Positions 10,562 through 20,675 are shown, numbered from the stretch's first letter. The stretch is 64,000 nucleotides of DNA from an uncultured Anaeromyxobacteraceae bacterium (GCA_964522105.1 CAZFVA010000004.1:24740-88739); one strand, 5' to 3'. Notes: a model not told the origin generated them from the sequence alone. Numbers and translations are program-made.

Positions 10562-12988
10562 TTGAGGTGTTTTTTTCTGATGATCGAAAAAGGTTCAAGC
10601 ACTGATCTTGTTCCTGTCGTTTCAGGATCGCGAAGGGAAAAGAGTTTTTTCTCTCTGGAAATGACTCCCGGCGGGGTACGTATCTGCCTGGATCATGCAG
10701 TATCCAAATTATCGGGTGGAACGGTTGCAATATCAGAACTGAGTCTTTCGGTACCGTGGGTCAAGTTTCCTTTCGACTACACATCCGGCCCCAGAGCTCT
10801 TCAATCTCATCTGACAGTTTTTGAATCTGTAACTGTTGATATTGGTTTCGATTTAATAAAAAAGTTCTGTTCATCAAACTCTATTGTAAAGGCCGTTGAT
10901 GTTGAAATAGACGCTGCTCGTGCAGATGGATTTGTTTTATCCGGGAGTGCGGCGGGATCTTCCTTTTCTGTAAGGACAAGTTTTGTTTCAGGTTCAAAAG
11001 GTGATTTAAAAGTAGTTTTCGAATATCCCAGAATTTTTGGATTGTCCGATCTATCCTGGTCACAGCTTCCCGGTGAATTGTATTCAGGACTTCCAGATTG
11101 TGTTGTGGCCGGGGATTTTGAAATCAATGTGCTCAGGCCGGTCTTAAAATCGTTTATGGCGGGTCTTGGATTCAAACTTCCATTGATCGATCGATGTGTA
11201 CTGAAATCTGCCAGAGTGGTTGCTGAAAGGGTTTCTTTCAGATTTGTCAGGGGGTGTGATGATGATCTCAATCCTGATAAACACAATCCTGCTGTTACGG
11301 TTGACTCATTTGATTCCGGTAATGATCCTTCCGATGTTTTCGGCAGATTGAATGCCGGTGGGCGCGGGCCGGAAGCCGTAATCAATTTTATTGAATCAGG
11401 CATCGGCTGTTCAGTCTTATGGCCGGAAATACTGGCCAGATCGCTGGCTCTGGGTCACGAACATCCTGAGTGTGTTTCAGCTCTCCTGGCATCAGTGCTG
11501 GCCGGTGCCGAGAATCCCGGGTGGATCAGCCCGATTGAAATGAGTCTTATCTGTAAACGTCTTCTGGCCGCTGTTGAAATTGAAGGCTCCGGCTGTGAAC
11601 TGATAAGATCAGCGACTTTGATAGCGTCGATTGTTGATCGTTTTGATCCATTTGAAGCCATGCTCCTTCTGGATGAAATCCGGGGAGCCGGTATCGAGAA
11701 TCAGCCTGTTCTGGAAGCTGTCGCCATTACTTTTGACAGGCTGGCGCGCCATTTTGATGCATCAACGACCAGATTACGAGCTCTGGCCATGGTGCCTGCC
11801 CCATACGTATCTGACGCCGTCAGGAACATGGTGGACAGAATGGATGCCAACGGTTTCCAGCAGCAGGCATCGGCATGGCTTGCTGATATTTCCGAGCTTT
11901 GTCTGAAGGGACGATTTGGTTCCGCCAGTGGGGCAATTCACAGAACGGCGGTGATTCTGATCGTTTCGCGGGAAATGCCATCTGTAAAAGAGTCTTCCTG
12001 GAAAATGTTGCGACAGTTACTTTCAACAGACCCCGGGGATGCTGAAGTTCTTGCTTTGATGCTGGCGCTGGCCGGTGAAAAGCATGAAGTGGTTGAAGTT
12101 ATTGATTTGTTCCGCGCCGCTGCCGAATCTGTTGACGGTCCCGGGAGGTGCAGTCTGTTGATGACTGCCGGTCGGGCGGTGTATGAAAGATTTGGTCTTC
12201 GCCATCGTGCAGCCGAATTGCTTGTGCTGGCTTTGAAGGCTGATCCCGGTTGCAGGGATGCTGCCGAGTTGCTGGATTCCATTTACGAGGCCCTCGGCAA
12301 ATCATCCGAAAGAGTCTCTCTGGCTGAACAGAGGCTTGAACATTGTTCCGATATTGCGGAACGAATTCCAATACTTATCACATTGATGACGACTGCTGAA
12401 GCCTGCGGATTCAATGACCGCGCTTCGGCAGCCGTGAAGAGTCTGTTAAGGCTTGATCCTGCCAATATTGCTTATTTGAAGGCAGCTACGGAAATCTTTA
12501 TTAAATCCGGTGATCTTGAAGCTTTAAGGGAAGCGCGCGAGGCAATTGAGGATCTCGGGTCGGGGTCGGTCGCCGGACCTGTGGAACGGTTGATTCAGGC
12601 GTCCGAGCTGGCCTTGATGGCCGGATTGCTTGAAGACGCTTCACAATTATTGATTAGACTGGCCGGGATTGATCCCCGGGCCGCGGTCGTGGCGGCTGTC
12701 GGGGCGCTGGCAGTTCAGGGAAAAGGCTCATTGGAACTGATGCTTCCTGTCATCAGGCAGGCTGCCTCTGCCAGCCCGGGTGTGGGCAAGCAGACCGAAG
12801 TGGCTGCAATATTGTTCAAAGCTGCTGAAAGAATGCTGGATACTTCCGTTGAGGTGGCGCTGCCCCTCCTTGAAATGGCTGTTTTTCTTGATCCGGATAA
12901 TGTATCAGCGGTGATGACTCTGGCAGCGGTTTATGAATCTATGGGTATGGCCGCGGAATCTGAGTCACTGCTGGCGAATATGAATTAA
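10562..12988 (+). CDS. hypothetical protein with alpha-helical (TPR-like) C-terminal half
   Basis: 808-aa ORF with no recognisable catalytic motif. Start may be internal (MTPGGVRI...). Confidence 0.45.
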   Translation: MRCFFLMIEKGSSTDLVPVVSGSRREKSFFSLEMTPGGVRICLDHAVSKLSGGTVAISELSLSVPWVKFPFDYTSGPRALQSHLTVFESVTVDIGFDLIKKFCSSNSIVKAVDVEIDAARADGFVLSGSAAGSSFSVRTSFVSGSKGDLKVVFEYPRIFGLSDLSWSQLPGELYSGLPDCVVAGDFEINVLRPVLKSFMAGLGFKLPLIDRCVLKSARVVAERVSFRFVRGCDDDLNPDKHNPAVTVDSFDSGNDPSDVFGRLNAGGRGPEAVINFIESGIGCSVLWPEILARSLALGHEHPECVSALLASVLAGAENPGWISPIEMSLICKRLLAAVEIEGSGCELIRSATLIASIVDRFDPFEAMLLLDEIRGAGIENQPVLEAVAITFDRLARHFDASTTRLRALAMVPAPYVSDAVRNMVDRMDANGFQQQASAWLADISELCLKGRFGSASGAIHRTAVILIVSREMPSVKESSWKMLRQLLSTDPGDAEVLALMLALAGEKHEVVEVIDLFRAAAESVDGPGRCSLLMTAGRAVYERFGLRHRAAELLVLALKADPGCRDAAELLDSIYEALGKSSERVSLAEQRLEHCSDIAERIPILITLMTTAEACGFNDRASAAVKSLLRLDPANIAYLKAATEIFIKSGDLEALREAREAIEDLGSGSVAGPVERLIQASELALMAGLLEDASQLLIRLAGIDPRAAVVAAVGALAVQGKGSLELMLPVIRQAASASPGVGKQTEVAAILFKAAERMLDTSVEVALPLLEMAVFLDPDNVSAVMTLAAVYESMGMAAESESLLANMN

Positions 12989-13000
12989 CAGGTATCGATC

Positions 13001-14404
13001 TTGCTTCGGTTTTTAATACTTGCCCCAGTCCTGTCTATTATTGTGCTTTCAGCCGACATCGTTCTGGCCATGGAAGTCCGCCCTGCCGTTCTGCTGGTTG
13101 ATGCCAGCCTTGCAGCGGACAGTAATGCTGCAATCGCAGTGGCGGCGGCATCTGAATTGGCCGGTTCGGTATTTCAGGTCACACCGCTGGTCGCGGTTGA
13201 CAGCCTGTGGCCTGAATTCAAGGCAGCGCGTGATTGTGGTCCCGATCTTGTGGAATCTGAAAAGGTACAGTTGAAACAAAGTCTTGCGGCCGGCCGGAGA
13301 GCTTTTTTTCAAGAAATGGACACGGGTAAGGCTGCGGAAATTCTGGAGCCCGGTCTGAACAGGTATTTTGCGATGCCGTGTCTGGCGTATTCTGATGCGG
13401 CCTTGAAGACTGAATTGTGCCGGGCCGGGGTTCTTTTTGCCAGACTTCAGCTTCTGCTCGGCAAGCCCGAGGCCGCATCTGCGCATACCGTTGTGCTGGC
13501 AGAACATTGTCTGCGTGACGATTTGATGCGTGAGGATGTGCCGCCCGATGTCAGGTCTCTAAGTGAAAAAGTCATTGCGGAAGTCGAGGCCCGCCGGCTG
13601 GCATCACGGAATGATATCGACATAATCTGCACAGGCACCTGCTTGAATATTTTCGTTGACGGACGTCTTCTGGAAGCCGGTTCGACGCAAGATTCCGATG
13701 TAAGCTCTTCCTCTTCAGTCAGGCCGGTACAACGTCGGGAAGGCATGTCTGTCAAGGTCCTGCCCGGTCATCACGTCGTTGAAGTCAGAGTTTCAGAAAC
13801 AGAGTGGATGTCCGCAGAATTTGATTATGACGGCGGTCATCGTACCCTGTTTCTTGATCCGCAGTCCCTTGTCGGGCTTACTGCTGGAGGCGGGATGGTG
13901 GCCGGTGGTCCGATTGAAGCGGTCGCCACTGAACTGGAGTCCATTTCCGGCCTGGCAGTTCTTGGTATCGTGCCAGGTCCCGCACAGTCAAAACGATGGC
14001 AATTAGTTGTCTTGCGCGACCCCGCTGGTGTGATGACCGGTCGCGTTCTGGCCGTCCTGGGGGCCGAGGGCGAATCTATAAGGTTCACTACCGTCACCGG
14101 TTCTCCGCTTATGTTTGCTCCGAAGAAGGCGTGGCCATGGCCCTGGGTAACAGGCAGTTTTGCCGCAGCATTTCTGACCGCCGGAATCACGCTGAACGTG
14201 TATGCCAATAAAGCCTGGCAGGACGCAGAAGCAGGCACGATTACGAGGGATCGCGGGGACGCTTTGAATTCCGGGGCTATAGCCGGATATGTTCTTGCCG
14301 GTGCGGGGACCCTGGCTACGGTGCTTCTGGCAGTATTAAGACCGTCGCAGGATCAATCGGTTCTGGTCGAACCGACCAGCTCCGGTTTCAGACTGAAATT
14401 CTAG
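13001..14404 (+). CDS. hypothetical membrane protein (N-terminal signal/TM, PEGA-like segment, C-terminal TM)
   Basis: 467 aa. N-terminal hydrophobic stretch LILAPVLSIIVL. The segment CLNIFVDGRLLEAGST...LPGHHVVEV resembles a PEGA domain. C-terminal TM GYVLAGAGTLATVLLAVL. Confidence 0.45.
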   Translation: MLRFLILAPVLSIIVLSADIVLAMEVRPAVLLVDASLAADSNAAIAVAAASELAGSVFQVTPLVAVDSLWPEFKAARDCGPDLVESEKVQLKQSLAAGRRAFFQEMDTGKAAEILEPGLNRYFAMPCLAYSDAALKTELCRAGVLFARLQLLLGKPEAASAHTVVLAEHCLRDDLMREDVPPDVRSLSEKVIAEVEARRLASRNDIDIICTGTCLNIFVDGRLLEAGSTQDSDVSSSSSVRPVQRREGMSVKVLPGHHVVEVRVSETEWMSAEFDYDGGHRTLFLDPQSLVGLTAGGGMVAGGPIEAVATELESISGLAVLGIVPGPAQSKRWQLVVLRDPAGVMTGRVLAVLGAEGESIRFTTVTGSPLMFAPKKAWPWPWVTGSFAAAFLTAGITLNVYANKAWQDAEAGTITRDRGDALNSGAIAGYVLAGAGTLATVLLAVLRPSQDQSVLVEPTSSGFRLKF

Positions 14405-14487
14405 TTCAAGTCCCCCGGGATCCTCAGCAATTTGATTTAATGCCAGAACAGGTTGAAATTTAAGCAATATTGATAGATTGACAGTCA

Positions 14488-14958
14488 GTGCGTCGGACTG
14501 GTATCTTGGCCCTGTTCAAATGGATTCCGTCGATAATGGGCGATATTGGATCACTGCTTCGGGACAGTCGCAAAAAGGCCGGGCTCGGGCGTGAAGAACT
14601 TGCCAGAACTATCAGGGTATCTCTGTCTACAATCGAGGCTCTTGAAGAAGAAAGGTGGGATGCTCTGCCAGCCCCTGTGTTTGTGCGTGGTTTTGTGAAT
14701 TCGTGGTGTCGCGCTGTTGGTGTTGATGAGGATGTCGCCCGGGAAGCTCTGGCGCGTTCATTGAAAGAAAGGCCCGTCGGGTCGGATAACATCCCGAGAC
14801 CATTCCATGATACCGGGATTCTGGTAGGTCGGAGAAGCAGTCTTGTGACTGTAAAGGCCCGTCGGAAATTTCTAATCGCGGCCGTGCTGTTAATTGTGGC
14901 GGCGCTCGTTTTCTTCCTGATTGACGGTGGTTTCTCGATATCAGGAATCACGGACTGA
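14488..14958 (+). CDS. XRE-type helix-turn-helix protein with C-terminal TM anchor (RodZ-like architecture)
   Basis: HTH region LGREELARTIRVSLSTIEALE. C-terminal TM LIAAVLLIVAALVFFLI. The true start is probably the internal MGDIGSLL. Confidence 0.55.
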   Translation: MRRTGILALFKWIPSIMGDIGSLLRDSRKKAGLGREELARTIRVSLSTIEALEEERWDALPAPVFVRGFVNSWCRAVGVDEDVAREALARSLKERPVGSDNIPRPFHDTGILVGRRSSLVTVKARRKFLIAAVLLIVAALVFFLIDGGFSISGITD

Positions 14959-14959
14959 T

Positions 14960-15757
14960 ATGCCCGAAAAGGTGCTCACACCTGCCGTCATTGTTTCAAG
15001 AACGCCCTATCAGGAAAGGGACCTCATCCTGGGTCTGCTTACCAGAAATGAAGGTCTTGTATCTGTCATGGCCAGGTCTGCAAGGGCCAGCCGCAGGCGC
15101 TTTCCGGGGGTTCTGGATCTTTTTGTAGTGTTTGACGCCGAATATTCTTTGAATCGAGGCTCGCTTCCCGTTCTTTCTGCTGCCGAGCCTTTAATGTATT
15201 TTCCCGGGATTTTAGAGGATCTGGATCGTCTTGAAGCCGGCCAGATGATTATTCAGGTTGTCCGTGAGCTTCTTCGCGACGCGCCTGCGCCTGCGCATGT
15301 TTTTGATATGGTCGTGCAGTCTTTCAGGTATCTCGAAGAATCTACACCTGCATTCGCGTATCTGATTCTTCTTGAGTTGGTCTTGTGGATGGCCGGCGAT
15401 CTCGGTCATGTTCCCGTAAATGGCCATTGTCCGGGGTGCGGCAGGCTGGCGCGGGAAGCTGGCCTGGCTCATGACGGAAGAGTGCTCTGCCGGGATTGTT
15501 GTGTCGGGCCCGGATACCGGTTGCAGGCCGTCGCAAGTTATCCTGAATCATATTGTACGCGGCGGTTTCTTGCTGTTAATCCGGCATGTTCCCCGGCGGG
15601 GGGCGCCACGGATTGCCCGGTTCCCGATCGCGAGCAGGCGATGGAGTTGATTTCAGCCGTTGTTGTCGGGATAACTGGTGGTACAAGTCTTTTTACGGGA
15701 TATGGTTCGCGCAACTGCCAGGGTCATGACAAGTGCCAGTGCCAGAATAATCAATGA
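14960..15757 (+). CDS. recO: DNA repair protein RecO
   Basis: Starts MPEKVLTPAVIVSRTPYQERDLILGLLTRNEGLVSVMARSARASRRRF (RecO N-terminal OB fold). C-terminal zinc motif CPGCGR...CRDCC. The 3' end overlaps the convergent gene by about 100 nt. Confidence 0.75.
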   Translation: MPEKVLTPAVIVSRTPYQERDLILGLLTRNEGLVSVMARSARASRRRFPGVLDLFVVFDAEYSLNRGSLPVLSAAEPLMYFPGILEDLDRLEAGQMIIQVVRELLRDAPAPAHVFDMVVQSFRYLEESTPAFAYLILLELVLWMAGDLGHVPVNGHCPGCGRLAREAGLAHDGRVLCRDCCVGPGYRLQAVASYPESYCTRRFLAVNPACSPAGGATDCPVPDREQAMELISAVVVGITGGTSLFTGYGSRNCQGHDKCQCQNNQ

Positions 15758-17290
15758 TATCGGGGTACTGTTGGCGTTTATACTGTTAATCGAGCAGCCG
15801 GCCGAAGGCTTTTCACACTCCAGCTCATCGGTTTCGCCGTCACAGTCGTCGTCAATCTGATCGTTGCAGATTTCGTTCGATGGTGTTCCTTCAACGGCCG
15901 CGCATTCCACGTCAAGCAGGCTCCTCGAGCAGACGAACTTGCTGACCGAAAGGCAGGCGCCCCGCCCTGCCGAACACGCTTCACCCACCGGGAAACCTTC
16001 GTCAGTGAATCCGTCACAGTCGTTATCCAGACGGTCTCCGCACAGCTCTGTATCTGCGTTGCCCGGTATCGCGTTGCATCTCGATTTCGAGGTGCCGTCG
16101 CATTCGATGACGCCGTTTCGAAGACATATTCCAAGTCCGGCGCTGCAAAGGTCGTTGATGTGAAAACCTTCGTCAGTAAACCCGTCGCAATCGTTGTCTT
16201 TTTTGTCGCATTTTTCCGACGATGATCCTGGTTCGGTGCCATCAGGAAGTGTCGAGCATGTCGGCCGCAGGGTAGTGGACGAACAGACGACGGTGCCCTT
16301 TCCGCATTCCCCCGGCGCGTTGCACATGGCGTCAAGGGCCAGCCCGTTGAAGGTCATATTTTCATCGGTCGTTCCGTCACAGTCGTTGTCCAGATGGTCG
16401 CACATCGTCTCGTCGTCAATTTCCCACCCGGGGGTATCGGGACAGATGAATCCGGATGTGCCTTCGCACAGGGGGACAATTGCTGCGCAGACGCCTTTGT
16501 CCGGGCACGTTCCGGTTGGCGGCGAGACTTCTTCGTCGGTCAGGCTGTTGCAGTTGTCATCAAGTCCGTTACAGGATTCCGTGCCGCCTGGTTTGACTAC
16601 CGGGTTGGTGTCGTCGCAGTCGCCTTCGTCTTCCGAGAACGAATCAAGATCATCATCACAATATGTGTTGGCACGCCCGGGGGTTCCGAAGTCGCCCAGT
16701 CCGTAAGGAATGCGCGCCAGACACCAGTTAGGGACGTCAACAGCTCCCGGTTCAAGCGACAGCGAGTAGCCTTTTTCAATCTGGATCCCGCCGCCGCCAT
16801 AGGACACATAATCGACCAGCTTTCCATCTCTCATCAGCAGAATGACGTCTGAAACCGGGTTCAAAGGAAAATCATTTCCGTACGAATAGTCGACAGGGAC
16901 TCTCCCGTTGACCTCCTGGTCCAGCCTGCTTCCAATCAGAAGTATCTGCCCCGGTGCAAGAATAAGTTCGGTAGCCGGGATGATGACGTGAAAGCCATCT
17001 GATGATGTCGACATCAGGACAATTCCCTGCATGTTGACCGGTGTTTCCGTCAGGTTCTGCAGTTCAAGCCACTGCCCCGATGCCGAATCGACCTTTGCCG
17101 GGTGGGCCATGATTTCGGTTATGGTTACGGTCTGCCAGTATGGGGAATCGATACCTCCGGCCCGTGGCGCGGCAAAGCCTGTTGCCGGCTGCGCCATGAC
17201 GACCGCAGATCCCGTCGCGATAAGTGTTGAAGTGATGATGATTTGTGTCAGGACTCGATTCATGTCTCTGATCCTACAGAATTGCAGCAA
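15653..17290 (-). CDS. secreted lamin-tail-domain (LTD) protein with 5 MopE-like Cys-rich repeats and a MYXO-CTERM-like C-terminal anchor
   Basis: Signal peptide. LTD motif ITEIMAHPAKVDSASGQWLELQNLTETPVNMQGIVL. Repeats CNGLDDNCNSLTDE, CDHLDNDCDGTTDE, CDKKDNDCDGFTDE, CGDRLDNDCDGFTDE and CNDQIDDDCDGETDE. C-terminus GCS...LIILALALVMTLAVARTISRKK. Confidence 0.65.
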   Translation of the reverse strand: MLQFCRIRDMNRVLTQIIITSTLIATGSAVVMAQPATGFAAPRAGGIDSPYWQTVTITEIMAHPAKVDSASGQWLELQNLTETPVNMQGIVLMSTSSDGFHVIIPATELILAPGQILLIGSRLDQEVNGRVPVDYSYGNDFPLNPVSDVILLMRDGKLVDYVSYGGGGIQIEKGYSLSLEPGAVDVPNWCLARIPYGLGDFGTPGRANTYCDDDLDSFSEDEGDCDDTNPVVKPGGTESCNGLDDNCNSLTDEEVSPPTGTCPDKGVCAAIVPLCEGTSGFICPDTPGWEIDDETMCDHLDNDCDGTTDENMTFNGLALDAMCNAPGECGKGTVVCSSTTLRPTCSTLPDGTEPGSSSEKCDKKDNDCDGFTDEGFHINDLCSAGLGICLRNGVIECDGTSKSRCNAIPGNADTELCGDRLDNDCDGFTDEGFPVGEACSAGRGACLSVSKFVCSRSLLDVECAAVEGTPSNEICNDQIDDDCDGETDELECEKPSAGCSINSINANSTPISLIILALALVMTLAVARTISRKKTCTTSYPDNNG

Positions 17291-17310
17291 AAACCGGTAC
17301 TCAGTTTAAC

Positions 17311-19155
17311 ATGAGTACGGGCACGTCCATTGACAGCGGGGGGCTTTTCAACATAGCATCTGCGGACTATTCCGGGGGTTGCGTGAACGGTTCAACCCAA
17401 AAATCAAAGCGACAGGGACGCTCACTGTTAAGTCTGGTGGCGGCGATCTGTTGTCTGTTTCAGGCTTTTGCCGCGTCGGCTCAGGTTGCCCCGGTCGAGC
17501 ATCTCGATGAATCTGCGGGTGGCACCCAGCTTGTTGTGCCCCAGACCGATGATACCGATATCGCGACCAAACCATTCGTAACATTCGAAAATCATGGATA
17601 TTTCAGGTTCAGATTCAACACCCTCTACAATTTTGATCTCGGTATGGCGGCTCGTGGCGCCAACGACATCTGGACCCCACCTACAGCCGATTCTCAGGGC
17701 GCCAAAGGCAGCGTCGGTAATGTTTCAGACACCGCAACATCTGCAAATATAAGATTCAGGTACGCGCCCCTGGTCAGGATTGGCGAAATTCTGACAGTCG
17801 GCGGAACTTTTGATTTTCTTGATAATCTTGTTCTCGGGCAAACGCCTGACATCGGCAGTGCAGGATATCCACTGGCATTTCAGACCAGATCTCAGGTGTG
17901 GCCTTCTTCCGGGATATCCGGATTCAAGGATTCGGTACGAATCAAGTCGATGTGGGCAGATCTTTACCTGTTCGGCGTAGTCCACATCATGGGCGGCAGA
18001 ATGCCCGAGCATTTCGGGCTCGGGATCGTCAGAAACGGCGGCTATTCGCTTGATTCTGATTTCGGTGATTACGTTGACGGTCTGTTCATAAAGGCCAGGG
18101 TCGGCCCGACATATCTGCGTGTCGGCCTCGAGATTGTCGGGCAGGGCGTTTCGTCCGATTCTCCGTTCGGTTATTTTGTCTATCCTTCAGATTATTCGAC
18201 GATGGACGACACCCTCCGCTGGGTTTTCGGGGCTGATTCAACTCCTGGTACCCCTGAAGAAAAAGCGAAGCAGAAACGGGACCTTGAGAACCATAAACCG
18301 GTCGTTGACTGGGGTATATACAACGCAATCACTACGCAGAACCTGTCGTCTGACAGAATACTGACTTCCAACCTCGAGCTTGCAGGTCATGACGCCAATG
18401 CTGATGGCTACGACTACGACAAGTACACGGTCGTGCCCAGGGGCGCGTTCTTCTGGACCCCGAGCGTCTGGACAAAATTGAAGTACAGCCCGCGGCCCGG
18501 CCTTCAATTCCGCCTTGAAGTCGAACTTTCAATGACTTACGGCTGGGTTGACCACATGCAGAGCTCTGTCGAGGACATCGACACATCGAAAGATTTCCTG
18601 TCTTTCGGCGGCGCGCTCGAGTTCGACATTGATATTGGAAAGAACAATGTTTCATTCCTGACTGGTGCTGCCAGTGGCGGAAATACCCTTGGTTATTACG
18701 GAATCAACGATCGCCACACCCTCGCATGTCCTGATAACAACTGTTACAGCGCCTCGAATCCCGAAGTTTTCCTGACCAAAAATATTCATCACTTTGTCTT
18801 TAATCGCGATTACAGGATCGACTCAATTCTGTTCCGCGAAATTATCGGATCCGTGACCAACGCCTTCTATTTCAAGCCCGGTTACTACAGAACGTTCTAC
18901 AAACAGGGTGATTGGAAGGTCGGCGGCGGCGTCAGCCTGGTCGCATCATTTGCGTGTATCAAGGAAGGTACCCCCGGTGGCAAGTTGCCTCTTGGTGTCG
19001 AGCCCGGCCTGAAGCTTGACGCGACGTGGCGGGATATCCTGTCGCTTACTGCCGATGCTGCCGTCCTGTTCCCATTGTCCGGTATGAAGTATCCTGACGC
19101 CGACGATCCTTCGCCCGCTTCTGCTCTGCGAGTCCGTGCCCAGGTCGTTTTTTGA
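17311..19155 (+). CDS. outer-membrane beta-barrel protein (porin-like); alternative GTG start near 17383
   Basis: Signal peptide RSLLSLVAAICCLFQAFAASAQ. Alternating amphipathic segments. C-terminal residue is Phe (...LRVRAQVVF), typical of OMP barrels. Confidence 0.55.
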   Translation: MSTGTSIDSGGLFNIASADYSGGCVNGSTQKSKRQGRSLLSLVAAICCLFQAFAASAQVAPVEHLDESAGGTQLVVPQTDDTDIATKPFVTFENHGYFRFRFNTLYNFDLGMAARGANDIWTPPTADSQGAKGSVGNVSDTATSANIRFRYAPLVRIGEILTVGGTFDFLDNLVLGQTPDIGSAGYPLAFQTRSQVWPSSGISGFKDSVRIKSMWADLYLFGVVHIMGGRMPEHFGLGIVRNGGYSLDSDFGDYVDGLFIKARVGPTYLRVGLEIVGQGVSSDSPFGYFVYPSDYSTMDDTLRWVFGADSTPGTPEEKAKQKRDLENHKPVVDWGIYNAITTQNLSSDRILTSNLELAGHDANADGYDYDKYTVVPRGAFFWTPSVWTKLKYSPRPGLQFRLEVELSMTYGWVDHMQSSVEDIDTSKDFLSFGGALEFDIDIGKNNVSFLTGAASGGNTLGYYGINDRHTLACPDNNCYSASNPEVFLTKNIHHFVFNRDYRIDSILFREIIGSVTNAFYFKPGYYRTFYKQGDWKVGGGVSLVASFACIKEGTPGGKLPLGVEPGLKLDATWRDILSLTADAAVLFPLSGMKYPDADDPSPASALRVRAQVVF

Positions 19156-19249
19156 TGTTTTATCTGATTTAGTGTTGTCCTGTCTTATTGACTCAATCTC
19201 CATGCCGTTCTACCTTGGTCATGTCATGAAACAGCCCCGGGGTCAGTGA

Positions 19250-19501
19250 ATGTTCGGACTGGGAACTTACGGTGCCTGGGTAGTATTTGATCTGCGGCTT
19301 GCGGCTTTCCTGCTTTCGCTTTCAATCGGGATTTCATTGCTGATTATTGGCTTGTCTGCCCGCCGGGGCCGTCACTGGCATCAGAATCTTACGCTGTTCG
19401 TTTCGCTTGTTTCGGTGTTCTGTCTGGTTGGATTTATTCTGCTTCAGACCGTTTTTCATTACCCGGTGTTCGTTCTGCGCGATATTTTTCCAATCGATTG
19501 A
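19250..19501 (+). CDS. small 2-TM membrane protein (hypothetical; holin-like topology)
   Basis: 83 aa with two hydrophobic helices separated by RRGRHWHQN. Convergent with the CIS hub gene. Confidence 0.3.
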   Translation: MFGLGTYGAWVVFDLRLAAFLLSLSIGISLLIIGLSARRGRHWHQNLTLFVSLVSVFCLVGFILLQTVFHYPVFVLRDIFPID

Positions 19502-19529
19502 TGGTGGCTGCGTTTCCGGTTGCTTCTTC

Positions 19530-20675
19530 TCACATGCCCATGTCAGTTCGTGCCACTTCAACTTTTGACGTAAAGCCCTTTCGCGCCGGATCAAGGCTGT
19601 GCACAGCTCTGGTAACAAGATAACGCCCACTGAACAGCTTGCCGAACCCTTTGAATTCAACGGTATTTCCGGCAAGGATTTGTGCGTTGCCCTTTGTTTC
19701 CATCCTTCCTCTGATAAAGCGCAAAGCAGTTCTTGTCAGAATCCTGGCTGCGATTTCTTCAGCTTCCTTTTCTGACCAGACAGGTATGTCAGTAATTCTA
19801 AGTACTCTTCCGGCATCCGGGTCTTCCCAGAAAGCCTTTCCCACGGCAACTCCGCCGCTTTCTCCGCCGAATTCAAGGTCTGGTGTTTCGGCTTTGCCGG
19901 AAATAACTTTCTTGTTAACCGGGTCCCAGGAGCGAATTTCAACGGCTCTGTATTGTCTGGATGCGCACAGCCTGAATTCGGCGTCACCGGCCAGAATGCC
20001 TCCGTTGCTGCAGGCGTCTGTCGTTCTGACAAAAACCAGAGAGGCGTCATCAAGAACTTCCGGCTTAAGAAAGTTCAATTTTCTGTTGTTGTCCGGCTCA
20101 GATTTTATGAAACCGCCGTTGGCCAGTGCAAGCCAGTCGCATAAAGCCCGGTCAGAAGCGTTCATCTGCGGGATGTAGTAGTGACCGTCTCTCCCCGGAA
20201 TGGTTTTACCTGGCTCAAGCGCCGAATCTGGCCCGCTGTCTCCGCCGGATTCCCTGATGATTTCCTTCAGCAGAGCATCTGATTGCACCGACGGTTTTCT
20301 GCCATCACCCCATACGCGGGTTCTTGAACCCATTGACAGTCGGTGGGAAAAATCGAATCCTGAAATGGTCACAAATGAAGGTTGTTCTACGGAAAAATGG
20401 GGCTCGATGGTGTTAATTTCCCCAAGGATCAACCCGTTTTCCTTGCTTGATTGTCCAATGCCCAGGCGGACTTCCATGCCCGTTTTGATTTCATCCAGAA
20501 GCTCAACTCCAGCTCGAAGTGTCATTTTGATTTCGAATGAGGACGGTTCCATCAGGCGCAGGTCAGCCGTTGCTTTTTCCACCAGGGCTGCAAATGGCAC
20601 TCCGGTTTTTCCTGCAGAATCTTTGCCGGCTATGGAGATATTGCAACTCGCGGTGTCTCCATTCATGTCATTCAC
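19530..20675 (-). CDS. phage late control gene D (gpD/gp27-like) baseplate hub protein of the CIS cluster
   Basis: 381 aa. C-terminal GRYLVTRAVHSLD...KVEVAR typical of the Phage_GPD family. No gp5-like spike extension. Last gene of the operon, overlapping the upstream gene by 4 nt. Confidence 0.75.
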   Translation of the reverse strand: MNDMNGDTASCNISIAGKDSAGKTGVPFAALVEKATADLRLMEPSSFEIKMTLRAGVELLDEIKTGMEVRLGIGQSSKENGLILGEINTIEPHFSVEQPSFVTISGFDFSHRLSMGSRTRVWGDGRKPSVQSDALLKEIIRESGGDSGPDSALEPGKTIPGRDGHYYIPQMNASDRALCDWLALANGGFIKSEPDNNRKLNFLKPEVLDDASLVFVRTTDACSNGGILAGDAEFRLCASRQYRAVEIRSWDPVNKKVISGKAETPDLEFGGESGGVAVGKAFWEDPDAGRVLRITDIPVWSEKEAEEIAARILTRTALRFIRGRMETKGNAQILAGNTVEFKGFGKLFSGRYLVTRAVHSLDPARKGFTSKVEVARTDMGM

